63,306 nucleotides of DNA from Actinomycetota bacterium (GTDB taxonomy: Bacteria > Actinomycetota > UBA4738 > HRBIN12). Both the position numbers and the translations under genes were made by a program. Shown here piece by piece: positions 47,854 to 56,805 of the stretch. Numbering within the stretch: position 1 is the first letter of the stretch; each line of letters opens with the position of its first letter. Under the pieces are notes generated by a model that saw nothing but the letters and a program-made list of their open reading frames with translations, was not told where the DNA came from and made no database searches. The stretch spans positions 1-63,306 of the forward strand of contig JBKPKU010000015.1 in assembly GCA_046731295.1 (NCBI GenBank), read 5' to 3'.

Positions 47854-47879
47854 GTTCCCGATCCTCGGCGGCGGCAAAC
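47854..47879 (-). promoter_or_regulatory. SigB/SigF-type promoter GTTT-N16-GGGAAC
   Basis: Upstream of the NTase-BON-phosphoesterase operon. Confidence 0.6.
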
Positions 47880-47881
47880 GG

Positions 47882-48922
47882 CTACGCCGCCGCGCGTTCG
47901 GAGCGCCCGTCCTCCAGCAGCTCGAGCACCGCGGCCTCCACCGCGTCCCGGAACGACGGATCGAGCGCCTGACCATGCACGTTCGACCCGACCAGGGACG
48001 GGCGGATCGTGACACCCTCCTCGTAGCGGTCCAGCAGCCTCGGGTCGACGTACGAGGCCCTCGCGACGGCCGGCGTGTTGCCCAGCTCGGCGGCGACCTC
48101 CTTGATCGCCGCGGAGATCCGCCGGCGGCGGGCCGACTGCGCCGCCGGGACCTCGCCCCCCGCGGCGAGCGCGACGGCCGCATACACGGTGCCGTGCCAG
48201 GTTCGGAAGTCCTTGGCGGAGAACGCGTCGCCGGCCACCTCCTTCAGGTACGCGTTCACGTCCTCCGAACGCACGTCGCGCCAGCCGTCCCCGTTGCGGT
48301 AGGCCAGGAGTTCGCGGTTGTCGTCCCTGCGTCGCTTGAGCGTCCGGACGATGGGGGCGACCTCGGCGTCGACGATCTCCTGGATCCGGCGCTGCCCGCT
48401 CTTGGCCCGGTAGTCGAAGCGCACGATGCCCCCCGAGGTTCGGACGTGGTCGCGCCGGATCGTCGCGAGTCCGAAGGAGCCGTTCGCGCGCATGTAGGAC
48501 TCCGAACCCACGCGGAACAAACCGAGATCCAGCAGGCGCGCGGCCACCGCCAGGGCCTTCTCGCGCGGGAGGCCCTGGCGTTGGAGGTCGACCCCCACGC
48601 GCCGGCGAACCTCCGGGAGCCGGTGCGCGAAGGCGAGCATCCGGTCGAACTTCTCGGCGTCGCGACGGGCGCGCCATCGCTCGTGGTACAGGTACTGCCG
48701 CCGGCCCGCAGCGTCGGTACCGGCCGCCTGCAGGTGGCCCATGGGGTCCGGGCAGATCCACACGTCGCCCCACGCGGGCGGGATCGCGAGGCCATGGATG
48801 CGGGCGAGGGCCTCCTCGTCGGTCACCGGGGCGCCGTTCGGCGCGGCGTAGGAGAAGCCCCCGCCGCGCCGCTGGCGTGTGAACCCGGGGCGGTCGCTCG
48901 ACACCCGTCGAAGTCGTTCCAT
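47882..48922 (-). CDS. DNA topoisomerase IB (bacterial, poxvirus-like)
   Basis: IPPAW, GRRQYLYH, FRVG, AKSG, KDFRTW, LGNTPAVARASYVDP. Confidence 0.95.
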   Translation of the reverse strand: MERLRRVSSDRPGFTRQRRGGGFSYAAPNGAPVTDEEALARIHGLAIPPAWGDVWICPDPMGHLQAAGTDAAGRRQYLYHERWRARRDAEKFDRMLAFAHRLPEVRRRVGVDLQRQGLPREKALAVAARLLDLGLFRVGSESYMRANGSFGLATIRRDHVRTSGGIVRFDYRAKSGQRRIQEIVDAEVAPIVRTLKRRRDDNRELLAYRNGDGWRDVRSEDVNAYLKEVAGDAFSAKDFRTWHGTVYAAVALAAGGEVPAAQSARRRRISAAIKEVAAELGNTPAVARASYVDPRLLDRYEEGVTIRPSLVGSNVHGQALDPSFRDAVEAAVLELLEDGRSERAAA

Positions 48923-49020
48923 CGTGGCGCAGGTATTGCCGCCACGCCGCCCGGCCAAACCATGCGTGGGTCGGGCGCGTCGCGGGTACCTCTCGATGTG
49001 CCCCGAGGAGAGGAGAACGC

Positions 49021-49464
49021 ATGGACGCGCTCGGCCTGCTCAAGAAGGACCACGACGCGATCAAGAAGATGCTGAAGGACCTCGAGAACACGACCGACCG
49101 GGCCGTCAAGACCCGAGAGGAGGGGTTCGGCCGGCTGAAGCGCTCGCTCACCGTCCACGAGCAGATGGAGGAGGCGATCCTCTACCCGGCGCTGAAGCAG
49201 CACGCCGAGGCCAAGGACATCGTGCTCGAGGCCTACGAGGAGCACGACGTCGTCGACAAGGTCCTGGGCGACCTGGAAGCCACGCCGTTCGACGACGAGA
49301 GCTGGCACGCCAAGCTCAAGGTCATGTCGGAGAACCTCCACCACCACATCGAGGAGGAGGAGGGGGAGATGTTCGAGCAGGCCCGGCAGGTGTTCGACCG
49401 GGACCTGCTCGAACAGCTCGGCGAGCAGATGCAGGAGATCAAGACGCAGGCGCGCGCCGCCTGA
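49021..49464 (+). CDS. Hemerythrin-like domain protein
   Basis: DH, HEQMEE, EEH, HHIEEEE. Confidence 0.92.
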   Translation: MDALGLLKKDHDAIKKMLKDLENTTDRAVKTREEGFGRLKRSLTVHEQMEEAILYPALKQHAEAKDIVLEAYEEHDVVDKVLGDLEATPFDDESWHAKLKVMSENLHHHIEEEEGEMFEQARQVFDRDLLEQLGEQMQEIKTQARAA

Positions 49465-49478
49465 CATCGGCGCACGAG

Positions 49479-49515
49479 CGAGGGCCCCGGCGACGCGTCG
49501 TCGCCGGGGCCCTCG
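49479..49515. terminator. Bidirectional terminator hairpin
   Basis: 17-bp perfect stem between convergent genes. Confidence 0.8.
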
Positions 49516-49535
49516 TCATTCCGCCTTCGATCGCG

Positions 49536-49742
49536 TTACTTCAACGCGTCCTTCGCGGCCTCCTTGGCCTTGTCCGCCGCGTCCTTGGTCTTGCCGAGCG
49601 CCTGCTTGGCGTTGCCCCTCGCGCGGTCCTTCTCCCCCTCGCGCTCGAGCTCCTCGTCGCCCGTCAAATCCCCTGCCTTCTCCTTGACGCTGCCCTTGGC
49701 CTCGTCGAAGCGGCCTTCCCTGCGATCGTCGGAACCGTCCAT
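49536..49742 (-). CDS. csbD: CsbD family general stress protein
   Basis: EAKGSVKEKAGDLTGDEELEREG; GTTT-N15-GGGAAC at 49811-49835. Confidence 0.9.
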   Translation of the reverse strand: MDGSDDRREGRFDEAKGSVKEKAGDLTGDEELEREGEKDRARGNAKQALGKTKDAADKAKEAAKDALK

Positions 49743-49845
49743 GGGGTCTCCTTTCGCCGAATGACGTGGCGCCCGTCGCGCCGCCGGTGGGATGCCCCGG
49801 CCCCCACGATGTTCCCCGTCGACCCGCGGACAAACGCCGCGGTGG

Positions 49846-50349
49846 TCAGCCGCCGTCGCGAACGCGACGGGAAAGCGGGATCGCGAACCAGGCCCAAACG
49901 AGGAAGACAAGGACGGCCGCGCCGAGCGCGATCGCGATGCCGAGGCCGAACAGCAGGTCGGAGATCAGGACGAACGCGAGCGTGATCGCGATCGCGAGGA
50001 ACCCGATCCCCACGATCATGAACCGATTCGACGTGCGAAGGATGCGCTCCTTGTCGCCTTGGCGGAACCGGATCCGGTGATAGGCGGTCGGCGTCATGAA
50101 CAGGCCGGTCGCGATCGTGGTGCACACGAACGTCGCGAAGTAGATCGCCTGCTGCCGATCGGTCAGCGCGTGGTACCGGCTGCTGAACGGGACCGTGAGC
50201 AGGAAGGCGAACAGCACCTGGACGCCGGGCAGCATGACCCGGAGCTCGTTCAGCAGCTCGATCAGCTCCCGGTTCAGCCGCGCGTCTGGGTCTTCTTCGG
50301 AGGAGGCCGGCGTGGAGGGGTCGCCGCCGCCCGTCGGGGTGCTGGTCAC
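49846..50349 (-). CDS. DUF6328 family membrane protein
   Basis: ELLNELRVMLPGVQVLFAFLL, PTAYHR. Confidence 0.88.
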   Translation of the reverse strand: MTSTPTGGGDPSTPASSEEDPDARLNRELIELLNELRVMLPGVQVLFAFLLTVPFSSRYHALTDRQQAIYFATFVCTTIATGLFMTPTAYHRIRFRQGDKERILRTSNRFMIVGIGFLAIAITLAFVLISDLLFGLGIAIALGAAVLVFLVWAWFAIPLSRRVRDGG

Positions 50350-50358
50350 GGCCGAGAG

Positions 50359-50419
50359 GTACCGCCCGCCCATCCACGGCAAACGTGGGTCTCGTTTCCG
50401 CAGGTCAGGGACCGGGTAA
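50359..50419. promoter_or_regulatory. Back-to-back SigB/SigF-type promoters
   Basis: Minus strand GTTT-N16-CGGTAC (50359-50384); plus strand GTTT-N16-GGGTAA (50394-50419). Confidence 0.65.
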
Positions 50420-50459
50420 CCGACACCACGACTCTGGAGGCGAGCGAGAGGAGCGCGCC

Positions 50460-50948
50460 ATGACCCTGCTGGTTCGACACGCCATGACGCAGGAGCCCAA
50501 GGCCCTGTCCCCCGACCGGAGCGCCGGAGACGCCGCCGGGCTCATGGCACAGTTCGACGTCGGTTCGATACCGGTCGTCGACGGGGACCACCTGGTCGGG
50601 ATCGTCACCGATCGAGACCTGGTCGTGCGGGTGATCGCGAAGCGCCACGATCCGAACGAGGTGCGTCTGGACGAGATCCTGACGAGGGCGGTCGAGACCG
50701 TCTCGCCCGACGCCGAGCTCTCGGACGCGCGATCGCAGATGGAGCGCGCCAAGGTTCGCCGGCTCCCGGTCGTCAAGGAGGACCGGCTGGTCGGCGTGAT
50801 CTCGCTCGGCGACGTCGCCGTCGCGCTGTCGTCCAAGCGCGAGGTCGGGATCGCCCTCGAACACATCTCCGAATCACAGAGCACCGCGAGCCTCAACGAC
50901 GGGCCGACGATCGGCACACCGCGACACGCGAGCGGTTTGTCGCGGTGA
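50460..50948 (+). CDS. CBS domain protein
   Basis: GIVTDRDL, VRRLPVV..GVISLGD. Confidence 0.93.
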   Translation: MTLLVRHAMTQEPKALSPDRSAGDAAGLMAQFDVGSIPVVDGDHLVGIVTDRDLVVRVIAKRHDPNEVRLDEILTRAVETVSPDAELSDARSQMERAKVRRLPVVKEDRLVGVISLGDVAVALSSKREVGIALEHISESQSTASLNDGPTIGTPRHASGLSR

Positions 50949-51004
50949 CCTGCGGGTACACGAGTTTCGAGGCCGCAGGGCGCGGCCCCGGGAGGTGGAA
51001 GACC

Positions 51005-51157
51005 ATGACCTACCCGAGCCACGAGTATCACGAGCACGACCCGGAGCCGAGCTCGGGTTGGACCGGCTACGCGGCGATCAAGTACACGGCGATCGTCATC
51101 ATCGTGCTTGCGATCCTCGCGTTCCTGGCTTGGTACATCGTCCCCGCGTTCAACTGA
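51005..51157 (+). CDS. 50-aa single-TM protein
   Basis: SD ggaggtg; GTTT-N15-GGGTAC at 50935-50959. Confidence 0.7.
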   Translation: MTYPSHEYHEHDPEPSSGWTGYAAIKYTAIVIIVLAILAFLAWYIVPAFN

Positions 51158-51205
51158 CGGCGGGGAACGACGATCCGAGCCGAACGCGAAACCTGAGGAG
51201 GAACC

Positions 51206-51379
51206 ATGATCGGCATGCTTGCGGCAACGGAGGGCGCCGCGACGATCCTGTGGATCATCGCCGCGATACTGGTGATCGCCGGCATCGTGACGCTCCTGCG
51301 CGGCGGCATCATCGCGGGGATCGTGCTCATCATCGTCGGGCTGCTCGTCGGCCCGGGCGGCGTGAGCATCTTCACCTGA
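51206..51379 (+). CDS. GPGG-motif small membrane protein
   Basis: ILWIIAAILVIAGIV...GLLVGPGGVSIFT; SD gaggagg. Confidence 0.85.
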   Translation: MIGMLAATEGAATILWIIAAILVIAGIVTLLRGGIIAGIVLIIVGLLVGPGGVSIFT

Positions 51380-51392
51380 CGCGTCGCTCGCG

Positions 51393-52196
51393 CTAGGGTT
51401 CGTCCTGATCCGCTCCGCGCTCGTCGCGGAGCGGATCCGTCTGTTCCGCCCCCACCGCCTGCCGGAGCGACGCGAGCGTCTGGGACAGGATCCGGCTCAC
51501 GTGCATCTGGGACACGCCGACCTCGCTTGCGATCTCGGACTGCGTGAGCCCGCGGAAGAAGCGGAGGTAAAGGACGCGGCGTTCGCGTTCGGGAAGCTGC
51601 TTGACGGCGGGCGCGACGGAGGCCCACCCCTCCAGGATCTCGAGCGAGGGGTCGTCGCCGCCCAGCACCTCGATCGGCGCCGCGCCTTCCTCGCCCACCG
51701 GCGAGTCGAGCGAGGTGGTCGAGTACGCCTGCACGGCCTCCATCGCATCGAGGATCTCCTCCGGGCTGGCCTCGCACCGGGCGGCGATCTCGTCGACCGT
51801 CGGCGAGCGGCCAAGCTCCTGCGACAGCTCGGGCAGGATCGCGTTCACGCGCAGGCCGACCTCCTGGAGCCGTCGCGGCACGCGGATCGCCCAACCCTTG
51901 TCGCGGAAGTGGCGCTTGAGCTCTCCGATGATCGTCACGGCCGCATAGGTCGAGAACTGCACGTCGCGCTCGGTGTCGAACCGGTCGATCGCGTTGAGCA
52001 GCCCCACGCTCGCCACCTGGATCAGGTCGTCGAGGGGTTCACCTCGGCGGTCGAAGCGCCGGGCGAGGTACTCGGCGAGCGGGAGGAACATCTCGACGAG
52101 CTCCTCCCGAGCCGACTCGTCGCCCGGGAGGCGGCCGAACAGTTCGAGCTCGGTCTCACGATCGGCGGACCCGATCGGGTGCTCGGCGCGGCTCAT
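51393..52196 (-). CDS. SigB/SigF/SigG family RNA polymerase sigma factor
   Basis: DDLIQVA, FSTYA..IIGELKRHFRD, SQMHVSR. Confidence 0.95.
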   Translation of the reverse strand: MSRAEHPIGSADRETELELFGRLPGDESAREELVEMFLPLAEYLARRFDRRGEPLDDLIQVASVGLLNAIDRFDTERDVQFSTYAAVTIIGELKRHFRDKGWAIRVPRRLQEVGLRVNAILPELSQELGRSPTVDEIAARCEASPEEILDAMEAVQAYSTTSLDSPVGEEGAAPIEVLGGDDPSLEILEGWASVAPAVKQLPERERRVLYLRFFRGLTQSEIASEVGVSQMHVSRILSQTLASLRQAVGAEQTDPLRDERGADQDEP

Positions 52197-52597
52197 GGCG
52201 CGGCGGTGGGCTCGAGCGTCCGCTTGGCGAGCGAGATCGAAGGCTCCCAGGGGTCGCTCCCGAGCGCCAGCGTGTCGACCAGGGCATTGAGGATCAGCCA
52301 CGGAAGGCCCTGCTCGGCGTCGGGCGGCGGCCACGTCCCGCCGCCCGCGTCCACGGCGACCACCGCCTCGAGACGATCGTCGAGCGGCAGGAGACGCAGG
52401 ATCAGCGACGACGCGCCGGGGTTCGTGCCCAGGAGCCAGGCGCTGGCCTCGTCGACCGCCAGGCGCAGATCCTCGATCGCGTCGAAGGACATCCGCATGC
52501 GGGACGCGGCGGCCGCCGTCACGGCCCGAAGGACGTGCACGCGCGCGCCGTCGGCCGGAACGGCGACGGTGATGTGCTCGAGATTCGGGACGTCCAT
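52193..52597 (-). CDS. RsbW-like anti-sigma factor (degenerate GHKL)
   Basis: IEDLRLAVDEA, ILNALVD; coupled to the sigma gene. Confidence 0.85.
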   Translation of the reverse strand: MDVPNLEHITVAVPADGARVHVLRAVTAAAASRMRMSFDAIEDLRLAVDEASAWLLGTNPGASSLILRLLPLDDRLEAVVAVDAGGGTWPPPDAEQGLPWLILNALVDTLALGSDPWEPSISLAKRTLEPTAAP

Positions 52598-52703
52598 CCG
52601 ACCCATACTAGGGATGCCGACCGGATTTCCTCCGCGATTCCTATACTGAGCCGACCTGTGTGCCTGCATGGCACCGGCAGGATCGGCGACGAGAGAGGCC
52701 ACC

Positions 52704-53039
52704 ATGGATGTGATCGTGCAGACACGCACGAAGGGGCCGTGGACCGTCGTGGAGGTCGCGGGCGAGCTCGACCTGCACACGTCCCCGCCGCTTCGCGAAC
52801 ACGTGCTCCAGCTCATCGACGAGGGCACCGACCGGCTCGCCCTCGACATGACCAAGGTCGAGTTCCTGGACTCGAGCAGCCTCGGCTCCCTGGTGATGTG
52901 CCTCAAGCGGATGCGCGAGCGCGAGGGCCGGCTGATCCTGGCCGGCGTGGCCGGGACGCCGATGAAGGTGATCAACCTCACCGGCCTGGATCGCGTGTTC
53001 GAACTCGCCCCCTCGATCGCCGAGCTGCCGCCGGACTGA
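52704..53039 (+). CDS. STAS domain anti-anti-sigma factor (RsbV-like)
   Basis: GELDL, VEFLDSSSLG, LTGLDRVF. Confidence 0.93.
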   Translation: MDVIVQTRTKGPWTVVEVAGELDLHTSPPLREHVLQLIDEGTDRLALDMTKVEFLDSSSLGSLVMCLKRMREREGRLILAGVAGTPMKVINLTGLDRVFELAPSIAELPPD

Positions 53040-53045
53040 CTCGAG

Positions 53046-53438
53046 ATGAGCGCGCGTTCGGAGCGGCTGTCGATCCGCATCCCGCCCGACGCAGCGCACG
53101 TCGCGGCCGTGCGGGCGTTCGTCGGCGCCGTCGGCCGGCAGGTCGGGTGCTCCGAGGAGTCCATCGACGACCTTCGGCTGGTCGCCACGGAGGCGTGCGC
53201 GGAGGCGATCGAAGACGGCGCAGCCCATGACGGGATCGAGGTGCGCACGGTGCTGGAGCACCGGCGCCTGGTGCTGGAGATCGAGCCCACCGGCGCGTTC
53301 GAGCGATCCCCCCAGGGGCTGGACGGCGCCACCGGCGTGTCGACGCGCCGGGCGCTCATCGAGGGGCTGTTCCCCGAGGCCGAGTTCGAGCCGGGCCGTG
53401 GCGTCCTGCGGGTCGGCGCCTCCACGCGGGACGACTGA
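53046..53438 (+). CDS. RsbW-like HATPase_c_2 protein (degenerate)
   Basis: VRAFV, IDDLRLVATEACAEA; N-box Asn absent. Confidence 0.75.
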   Translation: MSARSERLSIRIPPDAAHVAAVRAFVGAVGRQVGCSEESIDDLRLVATEACAEAIEDGAAHDGIEVRTVLEHRRLVLEIEPTGAFERSPQGLDGATGVSTRRALIEGLFPEAEFEPGRGVLRVGASTRDD

Positions 53439-53693
53439 CCGCTCCCGGGCGCGTGGGCGGGACAAACACACGATCGATCGCGCATACCTCCCTGCCCGGA
53501 TGGGAATGGTGGGTAGGAACGCGTGCAGGTGCTTCCGAGGCTCTCGGGGCCGGCGAAGGGATGCGATGACCGGGCACGGGACCGGCAGACCCGACGAGAG
53601 GCGGAAACCGGGATGGACGAGATGGGATCGATGTTCGGAGGCGGGGGCGGGATGTCGCTCGCCCCACACAACGGCAACGGGAGACGGTTCGGC

Positions 53694-54074
53694 ATGACCG
53701 ACCTCGCCCTGTCGCTCGCGCCGGTCCCGGACTCCGTCCCCACGGCGCGCCACTGCGTCGACACCCTCGCCGAACGCCTCGACGAGCGCCAGCTCGAGGA
53801 GCTCCGGCTCCTCGTGAGTGAGGTCGTGAGCAACAGCGTCCGGCACGGCGACGGCGCCGGGCCGATCGATCTTCGTATCACGATCGGGGGCTCTTCGGTC
53901 CGTGTCGAGGTCGAGGATCCCGGGCCCGGGTTCCGGCCCGGCCCCGAGACGGGGCCGGTCGATGGCACCCAGGGATGGGGACTCCTGCTGGTCGAGCGGA
54001 TGGCGGACCGGTGGGGCGTGGTGGCCTCCGGGACCACCTTGGTGTGGTTCGAGCTCGACTGCTCGCCCGAGTAG
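53694..54074 (+). CDS. HATPase_c_2 anti-sigma kinase-like protein
   Basis: SEVVSNSVRHG, DPGPG, GWGLLLV, TLVWFEL; start may lie upstream. Confidence 0.88.
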   Translation: MTDLALSLAPVPDSVPTARHCVDTLAERLDERQLEELRLLVSEVVSNSVRHGDGAGPIDLRITIGGSSVRVEVEDPGPGFRPGPETGPVDGTQGWGLLLVERMADRWGVVASGTTLVWFELDCSPE

Positions 54075-54084
54075 CCGCGACGCG

Positions 54085-54110
54085 GTTTGGGCCGGATCGG
54101 GCGAGGGTAC
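54085..54110 (+). promoter_or_regulatory. SigB/SigF-type promoter GTTT-N16-GGGTAC
   Basis: Consensus match upstream of 54232. Confidence 0.65.
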
Positions 54111-54231
54111 TCCTCAGCCGAACGGGTTCACGGTCTCCCCTCGGGGGAGGCCGGACGATGGCGGTGCGGTCCGGCGCGCCCCCCTCCCCCCTGCACGCCG
54201 GACCGCACGTCAACTCCGACCGAGTGAGGTG

Positions 54232-54495
54232 ATGGATATGCCCGACGCGCTCGAACCCATCCCGGTGAAGTGGCTCTACTGCTTCGCGTGCGACGAGCCG
54301 TTCGAGCTCCTGCCTCCGGTGGCCGAGTGCTCGTGCGGGCGCTCGTCCGCCCGGCTGGACGGCGGCGTGCTGGAGGTCCGGGGTCCCGCGAAGGCCCTCG
54401 CCCCCGTGGAAAAGGTCATCCGCGTGGACGGCGGCGAATGGGCTCCGGTCCCCGAGGACGTGTTCATCCACCGCGTCCTTCCCGCGGCGGCCTGA
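54232..54495 (+). CDS. Small zinc-ribbon-like protein (CxxC...CxCG)
   Basis: CFAC-x12-CSCG; SD gaggtg. Confidence 0.7.
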   Translation: MDMPDALEPIPVKWLYCFACDEPFELLPPVAECSCGRSSARLDGGVLEVRGPAKALAPVEKVIRVDGGEWAPVPEDVFIHRVLPAAA

Positions 54496-54516
54496 GGCCG
54501 GCAAGCCGGAGCCGGG

Positions 54517-55251
54517 TCAGGCTGCGAGCCGGACCCGTCGATCGGCCAGCAGCTTCATGAACGTTCGCGCGTCATGGGGCGCCGCGCCGCCGGTGTCGTT
54601 GTTGAAGTAGGCGAACACCTCGCGCGGTCGCAGGTCGACGAGCGCGTCCGCGTAGTCCGCGAGCTTGGATCGCCGGTACCCCGGAGCGTCCCGCCGTCCC
54701 TGGTGGAACCGCAGGTAGGACCACCCACCGACCGCGGGCACCTCCACGCGGGTGCCGGGCCGGTCGCCATGTACGAGCGCGGCCCCGCGCTCGTGCAGCA
54801 GGTCCACGACTTGACCCCCGAACCACGAGGGGTGGCGGAACTCGAACGCGGCCCGCATCTCCCGGGGCAGCGAGGCGAGGAACGATCCGAGCAGCTCGGC
54901 GTCGGCCTCGAAGGTGGGCGGGAGCTGGAACAGCACCGGACCCAGGTGCGGGTCGGCGCCGGCGAACACCGCTCGCATCCGCTCCATCGGCTCCCGGCAG
55001 TCGCGTAGGCGGCGGATGTGCGTCACGTAGCGGCTCGCCTTCAGCGTGAGGACGAAGCCCCTCGGGACCGTCGAGGCCCACCGCTCGACGGTCTCGCGCC
55101 GCGGGAGCCGGTAGAACGTCGCGTTGACCTCGACCGTGGGGAACGTTCGGGCGTAGTGCTCCAGCCAGCGGGCCGTCGCCAACCCCTCCGGATAGAACCG
55201 GCCGCGCCAGTCCGCGTACTGCCAGCCGCTCGTGCCGACGAAGACCTTCAT
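54517..55251 (-). CDS. DUF72 family protein
   Basis: VGTSGWQY, VEVNATFY, LFQLPP, EFRHPSW, YLRFH, YFNND. Confidence 0.95.
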   Translation of the reverse strand: MKVFVGTSGWQYADWRGRFYPEGLATARWLEHYARTFPTVEVNATFYRLPRRETVERWASTVPRGFVLTLKASRYVTHIRRLRDCREPMERMRAVFAGADPHLGPVLFQLPPTFEADAELLGSFLASLPREMRAAFEFRHPSWFGGQVVDLLHERGAALVHGDRPGTRVEVPAVGGWSYLRFHQGRRDAPGYRRSKLADYADALVDLRPREVFAYFNNDTGGAAPHDARTFMKLLADRRVRLAA

Positions 55252-55295
55252 GCCCGGGTGTCTACCCGGACCGGTCGGAACCACTCGGCCGGAAC

Positions 55296-56246
55296 TCAGC
55301 CCTCCGCGGGCGGCGGGGCGGGAGGGGGAGGCGGGGCCGGAGGCGGCGTGGCCGACGGCCCCGGAGGCGGCGTGGTCGGCGGGGCCGGAGGCGGGGCGGC
55401 CGGCGGCGTGCCCGAAGGAATCGCGGGGGGAGGCACCGCCTGCGGGGCCGTGACCGCCGCCTGATCCCCGAAGCCCGACTCGGGACCCGCGACCTTGCCC
55501 TTGTTGCGGCCGCGCAGGACCAGGAACAGCACAACGAGCAAGATCAGCACCACCGCGCCGACGATGATGAAGGGGAGCAGGTTCAACCCGCCGTCGTCAC
55601 CCGTGACGTCCTGCGCCTGGCCGTTGCCGATCGCGCTGCCCGTCGCGTCGATCTCCAGACGCTCGCCGAACGTCGGCACGTAGGTCACGGTGTTGCCGTC
55701 GATCGTGCCCCCGGGAGCCCGGATCACCTCGCCGGGGAACGTGAACGCCAGCTTGATGTCCGCGTTCTGGAACAGGTCCGCCCCCCCAGAGCCACCGAAG
55801 GGGCCGGTGGCGCCCGACAGCGCGCTCGACAGGTCGAGGACGCCCGTGACGACGAATGTGTCGCCCCGGCGCTGGATGTTGAGCGCGTCGCTCGAGCCGG
55901 TCACGCCGGACACCCCCGTGGCGCCGGCGAAGCCACCCGAGTTGAACTCCTCCAGCGGCACGGCCTCGAAGGTGAGCTCCTGGCCGGCGAACTCGCCGTC
56001 GTCGAAAGGCTTGACCGTGACCCCCGGCGCGTTACTCGGGAGCGGCGAGTCGCCGCCCAGCAGGTCCTCGGCGTTCTGTCCCGACAGCTCCAGGAGCTGC
56101 TTGTCCACGCCGAACTGGATCGTCCCGCTGACGGTGTTGTCGTCGTTGATCCCCAGGTTGAGGTTCAGCTTGATGCAGCCGGTCAGGAGCAGCGCGAGCC
56201 CGGCGATCGCGCCGACCCGCGTGACCGTTCGGATCCGTCGAGACAT
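55296..56246 (-). CDS. LppM-like lipoprotein with C-terminal TM and Pro-rich tail
   Basis: Lipobox LTGC, DNTVSG, TFPGEV. Confidence 0.8.
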   Translation of the reverse strand: MSRRIRTVTRVGAIAGLALLLTGCIKLNLNLGINDDNTVSGTIQFGVDKQLLELSGQNAEDLLGGDSPLPSNAPGVTVKPFDDGEFAGQELTFEAVPLEEFNSGGFAGATGVSGVTGSSDALNIQRRGDTFVVTGVLDLSSALSGATGPFGGSGGADLFQNADIKLAFTFPGEVIRAPGGTIDGNTVTYVPTFGERLEIDATGSAIGNGQAQDVTGDDGGLNLLPFIIVGAVVLILLVVLFLVLRGRNKGKVAGPESGFGDQAAVTAPQAVPPPAIPSGTPPAAPPPAPPTTPPPGPSATPPPAPPPPPAPPPAEG

Positions 56247-56332
56247 GTCGTGACAAACCCCCCCGGGTCGCGATGTTCCGGGGAGCCTACCCCGGCGGCC
56301 CGGCCGTCGCCCGCAGCGGCGGCCCGAACGGC

Positions 56333-56803
56333 TCAGGCGGAGAGCGCCTCGACGACGTTCTCCTCCAGGTAGGAGAGGTAGCGGTACAGCTCGAAGGCCG
56401 TCTCGGTCTCGTCGTCTCCGGCGAAGTCCACCGAGGTGCTCTCCTCCGTGACGGCCAGGCGGACCCCCAACACCAGGCGGACGTCGTTCAGCGCGGCCAG
56501 CCAGTCGACCAGCTCGTCCTCGGTCACGTGGTCGGCGCGGACGGTGCGTTCGAACGTCGCGATCGCGGCGAGTCGCCGTTCGAGCAGGTCGTCATGGACC
56601 ACCTCGTCGAACTCCCGGGACGCCTTCTCGTCGTCCAGGTACGCGCTCGGGAACAGCCTCCTGGCTACCGGGTCCCCCGCGTCGCCGGAGGATAGGACCG
56701 CGCGGAGCGTCTCGGGCAGGGTCGCGAGCACGTCGCGTTCGCGTCCCGAGATCCGGATGTCGAACCCGCCGCCGCGGCGAGACCGCCGAACGGGGCCGGC
56801 CAC
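56333..56803 (-). CDS. DUF2017 family protein
   Basis: RRLFPSAY, WLAALNDVRLVLG; directly follows clpS. Confidence 0.88.
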   Translation of the reverse strand: MAGPVRRSRRGGGFDIRISGRERDVLATLPETLRAVLSSGDAGDPVARRLFPSAYLDDEKASREFDEVVHDDLLERRLAAIATFERTVRADHVTEDELVDWLAALNDVRLVLGVRLAVTEESTSVDFAGDDETETAFELYRYLSYLEENVVEALSA

Positions 56804-56805
56804 GG

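Noticed and set aside
47882-48922. Tyrosine integrase or prophage
   Set aside because: Motifs are those of topoisomerase IB; no phage genes or att sites seen
52193-54037. 614-aa ORF as a single anti-sigma fusion (likewise 13616-14725, 20666-22153, 32370-33629)
   Set aside because: Only the C-terminal parts are recognisable genes; the extensions overlap other real genes, so starts were re-picked
55300-55460. G-rich repeat as a DNA structural element
   Set aside because: Explained by the Pro-rich tail of the LppM-like gene on the minus strand
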